Positions 19,198 through 28,630 of a stretch of 64,000 nt of DNA are shown piece by piece. The stretch is from NCBI GenBank assembly GCA_963757605.1, contig CAVWSF010000001.1, forward strand, positions 632,349 to 696,348, given 5' to 3'. The notes below the pieces were generated by a model. It did no database searches and was not told the DNA's origin. It worked only from the letters and a program-made list of their open reading frames with translations. The stretch is from an uncultured Actinomycetes bacterium (lineage in GTDB: Bacteria > Actinomycetota > Thermoleophilia > Gaiellales > JAICJC01). The translations under genes and the position numbers were made by a program. Positions within the stretch are counted from its first letter, which is position 1, and every line of letters begins with the position of its first letter.

Positions 19198-20184
19198 ATG
19201 CGAGACGTGATGGAGGACGTTCGCAGGATGGTCGCCCGCGGCGATCGCGTCGCCATCGCGACGGTCGTCGACACGAAGCGGTCCGCCCCGCGCCCGCTGG
19301 GTTCGCGGCTGGCGGTCTCGTCGTCGGGCGAGATGGCCGGATCGGTGTCGGGCGGGTGCGTCGAGTCGGACGTCTACCTGCGCGCCGAGGAGGTGCTGGC
19401 CGGGGGCCCGCCGCAGCTCCTCCAGTACGGGATCTCCGACGACGACGCCTTCGACGTCGGCCTGCCGTGCGGCGGCGAGATCGAGGTCTTCGTCCAGATG
19501 CTCGACCCCGACGAGATGGAGCGGATCGCGTCGGCTGACACAGGCGGCAGCCGGCTCTCGGTCACGACGACGCTGAACGGCGACTCCGCCGGCGCCAAGG
19601 CCTACGGCGAGGGCGAGGGCCATTCGAGCGCCGTCCGCACCGACGAGACGACCTTCGTCGAGCACTTCGCGCCGCCGCCCGTCGTCATGATCTTCGGCGC
19701 GGTCGACACGGGCCAGGCGCTCTGCCGGATGGCCAAGCAGGTCGGCTTCACCACGATCGTCTCGGACGCGCGCGCCAAGTTCGCGACACCGGACCGGCTG
19801 CCCGACGCCGACGAGCTGATCATCGGCTGGCCGGCCATGGCCTACGACGCCCACGCGATCGACGACGCCACCTACGTCGTCGTCCTCACCCACGACCCCC
19901 GCTTCGACGAGCCGGCGCTCGGCCCCGCGCTTCGCTCGGATGCGCCCTACATCGGCGCGCTCGGGAGCCGGCGGGCACAGACCACGCGGCGCGAGCGGCT
20001 CCTGAACGCCGGCTACACCGACGACGAGATCTCCCGCATCCGCGGCCCGCTCGGGCTCGACATCGGCGCGGTGACGCCGGCCGAGACGGCAGTCTCGATC
20101 CTCGCCGAGATCCTGGCCGTGCGCTCCGGCCGCGAGGGCGGCCCGCTCTCGCTGAAGAACGGGCGTATCACCGTTCCGGGCTAG
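19198..20184 (+). CDS. xdhC: XdhC/CoxI family molybdenum-hydroxylase accessory protein
   Basis: SAPRPLG, GSVSGGCVE, GLPCGG, THD, YIGALGSRR and GLDIGA.TPAE. Confidence 0.92.
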   Translation: MRDVMEDVRRMVARGDRVAIATVVDTKRSAPRPLGSRLAVSSSGEMAGSVSGGCVESDVYLRAEEVLAGGPPQLLQYGISDDDAFDVGLPCGGEIEVFVQMLDPDEMERIASADTGGSRLSVTTTLNGDSAGAKAYGEGEGHSSAVRTDETTFVEHFAPPPVVMIFGAVDTGQALCRMAKQVGFTTIVSDARAKFATPDRLPDADELIIGWPAMAYDAHAIDDATYVVVLTHDPRFDEPALGPALRSDAPYIGALGSRRAQTTRRERLLNAGYTDDEISRIRGPLGLDIGAVTPAETAVSILAEILAVRSGREGGPLSLKNGRITVPG

Positions 20185-20187
20185 CCG

Positions 20188-23100
20188 CTACGGCGCGGCG
20201 CCGGTCGGCGCGGCCGCGGCGTCGCGCAGCCGCGCGAGCGCGAGCACATTGCCCTTCTGCTCGTGCATGTCCATGGCGCGCTCCAGGTATCGCCCGGCCT
20301 CGGCAGGGCGGCCGAGCAGCTCGTGGACGTGCGCCGCATCCTCGAAGGCCCGCGCGGTCTGGACGAACGACTCCGTGGCAGCCGCAATCTCCACCGCCCT
20401 TTGAACCATGTGCTCGGCGCGATCGGGATTCCCCGTCGCCGCCGCGACCTTCGCCGCAACGAGCCGCCACTCGACCTCCGTGGCGTAGTCATCGTCTGCG
20501 CATGAAAGCTGCGCCGTGTGACGGGCCAGCCTGTCCGCCTCCGTCAGGTGCCCACGCGAGTACTCGATCTGGGCCATGTAGGCGATCCTCGTCGAGGCGA
20601 CGCCCTCGTCGTTCGCCTTCTCCAGAGCGCTGATCGCGTCGCGTTGGGCAGCCTCGGCGTCCTCTGGGCGGCCCGCAGCGCTGGCGATGACGTACGCCGC
20701 TTCGCTGTGGAAGCCGATCCCCAGGAGGCCCCCACCCAGGCTCTTTGCGATGTCAGCGCTCTCGGCGAGCTGCGCATATCCCAGATCGGGTCGGCCGGCA
20801 AACGCCTCGAGGCACGCGCCGACAGCCAGCAGCCGGAGTTCCGTGAGGGGATCGTTGGACGCCGCCCGACGCTTCCGCACCTGTTCGAGCGCGTCCACCA
20901 CGGCTGTGGGGCCCTCGAGCAGCGCCGCCGTGAACCCGGCGGTCGCATTCGCAACGATCCTGGGCGCCTGTGCCCGTCTGCCTGCCTCGATCGCATGGGC
21001 GTACGCGGTCTCGGCCGCACCGAACCGGCCCAGCCAGTACCGGGCTTCACCGAGCGTGAACCACGCCTCGGCGACGCCTATCCGGTCGTCCAGGCGCTCG
21101 AGGACCCGGCATGCGCGTTCGGCGTCTTCGCCGAGCTCCTCGATGGTCGCCGCTCCGCGGTGGACGACGAGGAGCAGCTTGCGCCGCAGGCCCGCGCGAA
21201 CCTGTATCGCCGTCAGGCCGCTGACCGTCGCCGCCTCGATCGCCTCGGCCAGCGTCTCGGCGGCACCGTCGAGATCGCCGTCCCGCTCCTGGCAGGTGCC
21301 GAGGACGCAGAGGAGTCCACGCCCGCTCGGGATCCGCCGACTCCGCCAGCTCGAGGCCCGTCGCGGCCAGTGTGCGTCCTCGTTCGGTGTCGACGCCGAT
21401 CGCGTGCTCGGCGGCAAGTGCGGTGAACCGCAGCGCGGCACGGCGGAGGGGCTCCGGCTCGCCCACGCGCGTCGCCTGTGTCAGCGAGAAGGCGGCTCCG
21501 TAGTGATACGCGACGAGCTCGGCGCGGTCGCCGATCCGCTCGCCCGCCGTTCGCTCGATCGACTCCGCGACGCCGCGGTGCCTGTCCGCACGTTTGCGGC
21601 GGGGAAGCTGTGCATACGCAACATCACGGATGAGGTCGTGCGAGAAGGCGTACTCCTCGTCGCCCTTCACAGAAGACGTGGGTGCGCGGAGGATGAGCTG
21701 CCGCCGTGCGAGCTCAGGCAGGCTGACCGCGACGTCGGCGGGAGGCCGGCCCGCCACGGTTGCCAGGGCGTCCAACCAGAACACGCGCCCGATCACCGAC
21801 GCGTCGTGGAGGAGCTGCTTCTGCTCCGGTACGAGCGCGTCCAGCCGCGCGGCGATCAGGGAGTGCACGGACTCCGGCAGGGATGCTTCGCCTCCGGCTG
21901 GGCGGTCTTGCTCGCCCAGCAACCGGCCGTACTCCTCCGCATAGAGCGGATTTCCGCCGGCACGTTCGATCAGCGTACCGCTGGTGCTCTCGGGCGCTTC
22001 CGTGTCAATCAGGAGCCCCGCGAGCTGGGCCATCTCGCCGTCCGTGAGTGGCGGCAGAGCCCGGCTCGTCGACCTCGCGGAACCGGCCTCCCACTCAGGT
22101 CGCTTGTCGAGGAGCTCCGGCCGGGCGGTGCATACAACGGCCATCGGCACGCCGGCTGAGTGCTTCGGGAGCTGCTCGACGAAATCGAGCATTCCGTCGT
22201 CTGCCCACTGCAGATCCTCCAGCACGACGACGAGGGGCTGCGGCGTGGCGATCGCCTCGAGAAAGCCACGCCAGGCCGTGAAGACCTCGTCGCGCTCTCC
22301 CGGGTGGTCGCCGAGTCCGACGAGCGGCGCGAGGCACGCCCGCAGCCACCGCTCGTCGCGCATGCCCGCGACCACATCGTCGAGCTTGGCGCCAGCCTCG
22401 CTCGGCGTGTCGGTCGCCAGGATCCCGGCCCGCGCCTTCACGACATCGCCGAGGGCCCAGAACCGGGTTCCGTCGCCGTACGCGACGCAGCGTCCACGTA
22501 GAGCGACCACGTCGCGACTCCGCGCAACCGACTGCACAAACTCCGCAACCAGGCGCGACTTGCCGATTCCCGGCTCGCCCACGATCGTGACGAGCCGCGG
22601 GCCCCCTTCTGCGACCGCGCGGTCAAATGTGTCCGACAGCAGCGCGAGATCCGCGGCGCGGCCGACGAACGGCGTGGGCTCACCATCATCGTCACCCGGG
22701 ATCGCGGCGGCGATCCGCCAGACCACCACGGGGTCGCTCTTGCCCTTGAGGAGAACCGGGGGGACGTGCTCGTACGCGATCGACTGCCGGGTCATTCTGG
22801 CGGTGCGGTCGCCCACCAGGATCCCACCGACCGGCGCGGCTCCCTGGATCCGCGCGGCGGTGTTCACCACATCGCCGGCGACGAATGCCTCTCCGAGCTC
22901 GGGCCGGGCGTGGATCTTGACGAGGGCCTCGCCGGTGTTGATGCCGATTCGAACGTCCGCCCGACGGCGTTCACGATCCCGAGTGCCGCGAGCGCCGCTC
23001 GCCTCGGGTCGTCCTCGCGGCCGACCGGAGCTCCCCACACTCCGACGACCGCATCGCCCACGAACTTCTCGACGACGCCGCCAAATCGTTCGATCTGCCG

Positions 23101-23313
23101 CCTCGCTTCGGCGTAGTACACGTCGAGATCGCGGCTCACGTCCTCAGGATCCCTGTGCTCGGAGGCGGCCGTGAACCCGACGAGGTCGCAGAAGAGCACC
23201 GTGATGACCTTCCGTTCCTCGTACTCGATGCGCTCCGCGAGCTCAGATCCGCAACCGCCGCAATACCGGAACTCAGGCGGGCTGGCCCAACCACACCTCG
23301 CGCAAATCGTCAC
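20188..23313 (-). CDS. Zinc-ribbon / class III adenylate cyclase / AAA (STAND) ATPase / TPR protein, split by two indels (~22960, ~21322)
   Basis: CARCG..CGGCG; LFCDLVGFT, EKFVGD, GDVVNTAARIQ; Walker A GEPGIGKS, LEDLQWAD, GGNPLY; helical repeats in ORF 20188..21441. Confidence 0.85.
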
Positions 23314-23337
23314 AAGCTGACTCTATCGGACTTGTTC

Positions 23338-25050
23338 CTACTGCTTGAGCCAGAGCTGGTCGTACAGGAGGTACCACTGCGGGTTCCACCGGTACCCCTG
23401 AACCCGCTTCGATAGGAAGTCGATCAGCTTCGGGTTGTAAAGGTCGACCCACGGAGCCTGGTCGGTCATCTCGTGGTCGGCCTCGGCCCAGAGCTGGTTT
23501 GCGCCCTCGGGGTCGGTCAGGCCCGTGAAGAGGGCCCGATCCATCTTGGCCTGGATGCCCTTGTCGCAGAACTCGGCGATGTTCGGGCTCGCGTCGCTGT
23601 TCGGGTGTATCGAGCCGCACCCGAGGAGCACGTTCAGGAAGTCGGACGGGGCCGGGTAGTCCTGCGCCCAGGCCGACCACGCGATGTTCCAGGTCTTGTT
23701 GTTCTTGGAGTTCTGGACGTACGAGGACTGGATGCTGCCGTTCAGGTACTCGCCGACGGCCTTGTAGCCGATCCTGTTCAGGTCGCTCACCATCTGCTCG
23801 CCGAGCGCCTTCGAGGTCTCGTCCGTCGCGCTGTTCACGACGACCTTCATCCCGGCGGTGCCCGACTCCTGGACGAGCTGCTTGGCTTTCGCGAGGTCAG
23901 GAGCCGTCCACGGGCCGGCGCCGTTGGCCGCCGGGTTGGCGGTGTACGGGCAGTACTGCTGGTAGCCGGGGAAGTTCGGCGGGAGGACCTGGCACGTTGG
24001 CACCGCCAGCGACGATCCGCCGGCGATCTTGACGTACGCGTCCCGGTCGGCGGCGTAGTTGATCGCGAGGCGGGCGGTCTGGTTGTTGAACGGCGGCTTG
24101 GCCGTGTTGAGCGCGAAGTACCAGTCGGCGGTCAGCGCGTTCACGTGCGTCTGGTCGGCGTACTGGGTGCCCAGCTCGTTCAGGCGGTCGGACGGGATCG
24201 TCTCGCCCGCGAACACCACGTCGGCCTGGCCGTTCTCGACCGCCGTCACCTCGTCGGAGACCTGGAGGCCGTACTTCTCCACGATCTTGTCCGGGTAGCC
24301 CTCCGGCTGCGCGTCCGGGTTCCACATCTTGAAGTTCGGGTTGCGGACGAGCACCGCTTCCTTGTTCGGGTCATACGACTGCCACATGTACGGGCCCGTG
24401 CCCGGCGGCACGTTGTTGCCGGTCAGCTTCGGGCTGGTGTTCCCGGGAACCACATACGCGAACGGCAGCGCCAGCTTGTCCAGGAACTCCGGATCGGCCG
24501 CCGTCAGGTGGATCGTGAGCGTGGAGGCGTTGTCGTCGGCCACCACGCCCTGGGAGAGGTCGCAGCTCTTGGCCGTGCACTTGTCGGCGCCGACGATGCC
24601 CGAGTAGAACGACGTCGGGCCCGGCACCGTGAACTGGCGCTCGAACGTGGTCACGAAATCGCTCGGCTTCATCGTGGAGCCGTCCGAGAACTTGATGCCC
24701 TTCCGGATCTGGAAGGTGTAGGTCTTGCCGCCGTCGGTCGGCTGCGGGATCTCCTCGGCCAGGTCCGACACGATCTGCGTGCCCTCCGTCCCGCCCACCC
24801 GCTTGAACTGCACCAGGCCGTCGTGCGTGTCGATCAGAAACGCCCACTGCTGCACCGTGTAGTTCTGAGCCGGATCGGCAACACCAAACGCTGCGCTCGC
24901 GAGGATGGTCAGGGTGCCGCCCTTCTGCGGCGTGCTGCCGCCGCCAGACGACGGCGACGAGCTCGAGCCGCCGCCACTGCAGCCGGCCGCGAGAGCGATC
25001 GCCGCGATCGGAATCGAGAGCTTGAATACCCTTCTCAAGGGTTCGCGCAT
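23338..25050 (-). CDS. Family 5 ABC solute-binding lipoprotein (peptide/nickel type)
   Basis: Lipobox AAGC, Ser/Gly linker, DGGKTYTFQIRKGIKFSDG and GTGPY. Confidence 0.92.
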   Translation of the reverse strand: MREPLRRVFKLSIPIAAIALAAGCSGGGSSSSPSSGGGSTPQKGGTLTILASAAFGVADPAQNYTVQQWAFLIDTHDGLVQFKRVGGTEGTQIVSDLAEEIPQPTDGGKTYTFQIRKGIKFSDGSTMKPSDFVTTFERQFTVPGPTSFYSGIVGADKCTAKSCDLSQGVVADDNASTLTIHLTAADPEFLDKLALPFAYVVPGNTSPKLTGNNVPPGTGPYMWQSYDPNKEAVLVRNPNFKMWNPDAQPEGYPDKIVEKYGLQVSDEVTAVENGQADVVFAGETIPSDRLNELGTQYADQTHVNALTADWYFALNTAKPPFNNQTARLAINYAADRDAYVKIAGGSSLAVPTCQVLPPNFPGYQQYCPYTANPAANGAGPWTAPDLAKAKQLVQESGTAGMKVVVNSATDETSKALGEQMVSDLNRIGYKAVGEYLNGSIQSSYVQNSKNNKTWNIAWSAWAQDYPAPSDFLNVLLGCGSIHPNSDASPNIAEFCDKGIQAKMDRALFTGLTDPEGANQLWAEADHEMTDQAPWVDLYNPKLIDFLSKRVQGYRWNPQWYLLYDQLWLKQ

Positions 25051-25153
25051 ACCCCTCCTCGGGAGGACGAGTTCCGAACGACGAGGAGTATGACGCCCTG
25101 CGCCGGAGGCGATGTGATCCTTGTGGTGGGTTTGCGCAGTGGGCTGGCACGCG

Positions 25154-26284
25154 CTAGCCGTCCAGGCGACCCGGTTCGCTGCTCGCGACTCGAGGCCGGA
25201 TCAGCTTCCCGAGGTTGGTGAGAGTGGTTTGCGCCGTGACTCGTACGCGAGGCAAGGTGAACGCGGCCGCGGGGGTGGCCAGGCCCGGCTGGGTCGTCGT
25301 GGCGAGCAGGTAGCCGGCGCGCTTGACGGCCGCGACGACGGAAGCGTCATAGGCACCGAAGGGGTAGCAGAGGGAGTGGATCGGAACGTGGAACGCGGCG
25401 TGCAGGTAGGCGCGCGAACCGGCGACCTCATGCCACAGCGCGGCCGGCCCGAGGCTCGGCAGGTTGGCATGGCTCATGGTGTGCGAATCGATCTCCCACC
25501 CTGCGTTGACCATCGCCGCGACCTCGCCCGGGCGGAGCCCATAGGAGCCCTCGTGGAGGTGGCTGACGGCGAGGTTGAGTGTCCCGGCCCAGCCGTAGGC
25601 GCTCAGGATGGGAAGGGCGTGCGTGTACTGATTGCGGAAGCCGTCGTCGAACGAGACGACGACCGGCTTGCGGGGCAGGGGCGCACCATGCCAATGGTCG
25701 TAGACCTCTTGCAGGGTGACGACGTGATAGCCGCGGCCGGCGAGTGTTCGCATCTGCGCGGCGAAGACCGCCCGTGGGACGTAGAGCTCCGGGAACGGGG
25801 CTCCCGCCGGCCGGCGCCGGATCACGTGGTACATCAGGATCGGCACGGCGGTCGCGTCGGCGGGTACGAGTACGTGGTCGCAGCCCGTGCGCTCGTCCTC
25901 TGCATCTGCCACACACATGTTCCGGCCGTTGCCGCCGTCGATGACGTCAAGGGGGCCGTCGTCGCGCGCGTCGAGGTAATCCCAGCCCGAGCCGCCGCGG
26001 AGGAGGTCGCCTCTGCCACGTCCCGCAACGAGATGATCCGCCCCGCCCTTCCCATGCAGAGCATCCCGGCCGCTGCCCCCACGCAGGACGTCGGCGCCGG
26101 GTCCCCCGTCGATGACGTCTCTGCCGCCCATGCCGCAGATGACGTCGTTACCGGACGTGCCGTGGAGTACGTCAGGTCCGGGAGTTCCAACAATCGTGCA
26201 TGCCACCGCAGCTGTTGCGCGATCGGGCAACACTGCGAGCAACGTCGAGACGAGCGCCAACAGGATGATCAAGAGCCGATGCAT
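25154..26284 (-). CDS. Secreted RTX-type Ca-binding repeat / polysaccharide deacetylase fusion
   Basis: Signal peptide, GGxGxD nonapeptide repeats, PILMYH, SFDDG, HTMSH, YPFG and LPR. Confidence 0.88.
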   Translation of the reverse strand: MHRLLIILLALVSTLLAVLPDRATAAVACTIVGTPGPDVLHGTSGNDVICGMGGRDVIDGGPGADVLRGGSGRDALHGKGGADHLVAGRGRGDLLRGGSGWDYLDARDDGPLDVIDGGNGRNMCVADAEDERTGCDHVLVPADATAVPILMYHVIRRRPAGAPFPELYVPRAVFAAQMRTLAGRGYHVVTLQEVYDHWHGAPLPRKPVVVSFDDGFRNQYTHALPILSAYGWAGTLNLAVSHLHEGSYGLRPGEVAAMVNAGWEIDSHTMSHANLPSLGPAALWHEVAGSRAYLHAAFHVPIHSLCYPFGAYDASVVAAVKRAGYLLATTTQPGLATPAAAFTLPRVRVTAQTTLTNLGKLIRPRVASSEPGRLDG

Positions 26285-26450
26285 GTGAGTCCTCCCCGGC
26301 CGCCCCGCCGGTGAGATCTGCGGTGGGATGCGGCGCCCTGGTGTCGGTGTTTTCAGGTCCGCACACAGGACGCGGGTGCTCGGCGTGCGTCTGTCGGCTC
26401 GGTGACAGACGCAGGGTCACGGTCACGACACAGCGGAGTACGCTTGACCG

Positions 26451-27107
26451 ATGCCGTGGCGGCTACTGGGCAGCGCTTCCGACGCAGACCTCAGGCGCCT
26501 GATCGCCGCTGCCCGCCGCCGCCGGTTCCGTCAGGGCGAGGTCGTCTTCCACGAGGGGGACCCGGCCGATTCGCTGCACCTGATCGAGGCCGGGCGCTTC
26601 CTCATCAGCGTCATCGCCCCACGCGGCAATACGACCGCTCTTGCGGTGCACGGGCCCGGCGACACCTTCGGTGAGATGGCGCTCGTCAGCGACGACACGG
26701 TCCGATCTGCGACCGTCGCCGCTCTCGAGGCCTCCGAGACGTGGGCCGTCTACCGGACCGACTTCCACCAGCTCCGCACGAGCGATCCGGCCATCGACGA
26801 TGTGCTCGTTCGGCTTCTGGCAGACCGCGTTCGGATCATGAACGACCGGCTTGTCGAGGCGCTCTATCACGACGCGGATACGCGTGTCAGGCGGCGACTG
26901 CGCGATCTCGCGGTCGTTTACGGCCACGGTGGCGAATCCGAGACCGTCATCCCACTCACCCAGGAACGCCTCGCCGAGCTCGCCGGCACGTCCCGCGCAA
27001 CCGTCAACCGGGTGCTACGCCACGACGCCGCCCGAGGAGACCTCCGACTCCGTCGCGGTCGCATCGTGATCCCGTTGACAAGTCGCGCCGCACGGCAGCA
27101 GCCGTAG
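26451..27107 (+). CDS. Crp/Fnr family transcriptional regulator
   Basis: FHEGD, FGEMAL...RSAT cNMP pocket; LTQERLAELAGTSRATVNR HTH. Confidence 0.92.
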   Translation: MPWRLLGSASDADLRRLIAAARRRRFRQGEVVFHEGDPADSLHLIEAGRFLISVIAPRGNTTALAVHGPGDTFGEMALVSDDTVRSATVAALEASETWAVYRTDFHQLRTSDPAIDDVLVRLLADRVRIMNDRLVEALYHDADTRVRRRLRDLAVVYGHGGESETVIPLTQERLAELAGTSRATVNRVLRHDAARGDLRLRRGRIVIPLTSRAARQQP

Positions 27108-27121
27108 AGCGCGGCCCGCGC

Positions 27122-27147
27122 AAAATTGGGGTCTGACCCCGTTTTTT
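27122..27147. repeat. REP-like palindromic element, copy 1
   Basis: AAAATTGGGGTCTGACCCCGTTTTTT, intergenic. Confidence 0.7.
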
Positions 27148-27194
27148 CACGGGTGATAAAGGGGACGGGGCGCAATTCCGATAGAGCATGCAGG

Positions 27195-28584
27195 ATGTTT
27201 CGCCGCCTCGTGCCCCTGCTTGCGCTCGCGATCCTGGCCGCCTCGCCGGCCGGCTCCGCGCTGGCCGCGCCGGGCTGCACCGCCGACATCTCGACGCTCC
27301 GGTACCGGCCGCACTACACGGTGAGCTGCGCCGGTCAGACGATCGACAGCGTCGTGCTCGTGAAGACGTCCAACGGCGCCGAGCGTCGGGATCACGACCA
27401 ACGGGCTCACGACGAGCGACGTCACGGTCGACGGCAACGGCACGCTCGCGTCGAACATGCAGTACCGGCTGAAGCTTCAGGTCGACGACGGCCTCGGCGG
27501 CGGCGCCGTGCTGTGGACGCAGACCTTCCGCACGCTGAAGCCGCCCGCGCACGCCAACCTGCACGTCAAGTACATCACCGCCATCCCGGCCGACGCCGTG
27601 CTCGACATGGCCCACCGGATCGACAAGGCCAACGTCGTCGCGGTGCCGACCAACGCGGACTTCATCGACGCCTCGACCCGGAGCCTCTCCTCGTCGGCCT
27701 ACACGGCCGCGCTCAAGCACCACCAGTCGGCGCTCGTCGTCACCGACCTGCCCATCCTGAACGGCGCCGGCCTCGGCGCCGCGCTCAACCAGTTCTGCAA
27801 CAACGGCCACGGCGTCGTCCTCGCCGGCCAGACGCACTGGCGGGCCGACGCGGCCACCCCCTGGAACGTGACGAGCGCCATCGGCGCCGAGGGCGGCCCG
27901 TGGGCCACGCACTGGAGCCTCTTCGGCTACGACCTCGTCACGAACGACCGCGTGATCGGCGGCGACCTGGCGACGAGCTCGATCAAGCAGCACTTCCTGA
28001 CGCAGGGGCTCAAGACCTTCCACGTCTACGACTACGGCTCGGGGTCGGTCGAGCTGCGCGACTACGCCCAGGCCAAGATCGTCGCGGCGCTCAGGAAGAA
28101 CACGCCGTACTTCACCCAGTGGGGCGGGCAGTCGCTGATCGCCGAGGACCAGTACAAGGGCGGCCGCGTCGTCGACCTCGGCTACCGGCCGTGGGCGAAG
28201 GACGTCTCGAACGGCGGGTTCGACCCGGCCGACGGCTCGCCCGGCGGCTCCCTCCTGGCCCGCGCGCTGTGGTGGGCGACCAACCGCATCCCGCCGACCA
28301 ACACGCACTTCACCTCGAAGCCGCCCGGCGTCTCCACCCGCGCGACCGTCATCATCGGCATGGCGGCCAAGGACGCCGACAAGGAGAACCCGTTCGACCT
28401 GAGCTACCGCTACCGGGTCGACGGCGGCGCCTGGAAGAAGGCGGTCGGCGCCAGCTTCGCGCTCTTCCACCTCGCCACGGGCCGCCACCACACGATCTAC
28501 GCCCGCGCGTACGACGACGGCGGAAACCGCGACCCGCACGTCGCCAAGTACACGTTCTACGTGACGCCCGGCGCGATCGGCTAG
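27195..28584 (+). CDS. Secreted protein with a C-terminal Ig/FN3-like domain (one +1 indel near 27380)
   Basis: Signal peptide MFRRLVPLLALAILAASPAGSALA joins ORF 27457..28584; C-terminal YRYRVDGGAW...HTIYARAYDDGGNRD. Confidence 0.7.
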
Positions 28585-28630
28585 AGATCCCCCTTTCAAG
28601 CCTTGCGCGCCGTCCGGGGCCTGCGGTAGC

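Noticed and set aside
20188..23313. Avs-type antiphage STAND system
   Set aside because: The architecture matches the widespread cyclase-AAA-TPR signalling family, with no nuclease/TIR/SIR2 effector or defence neighbours.
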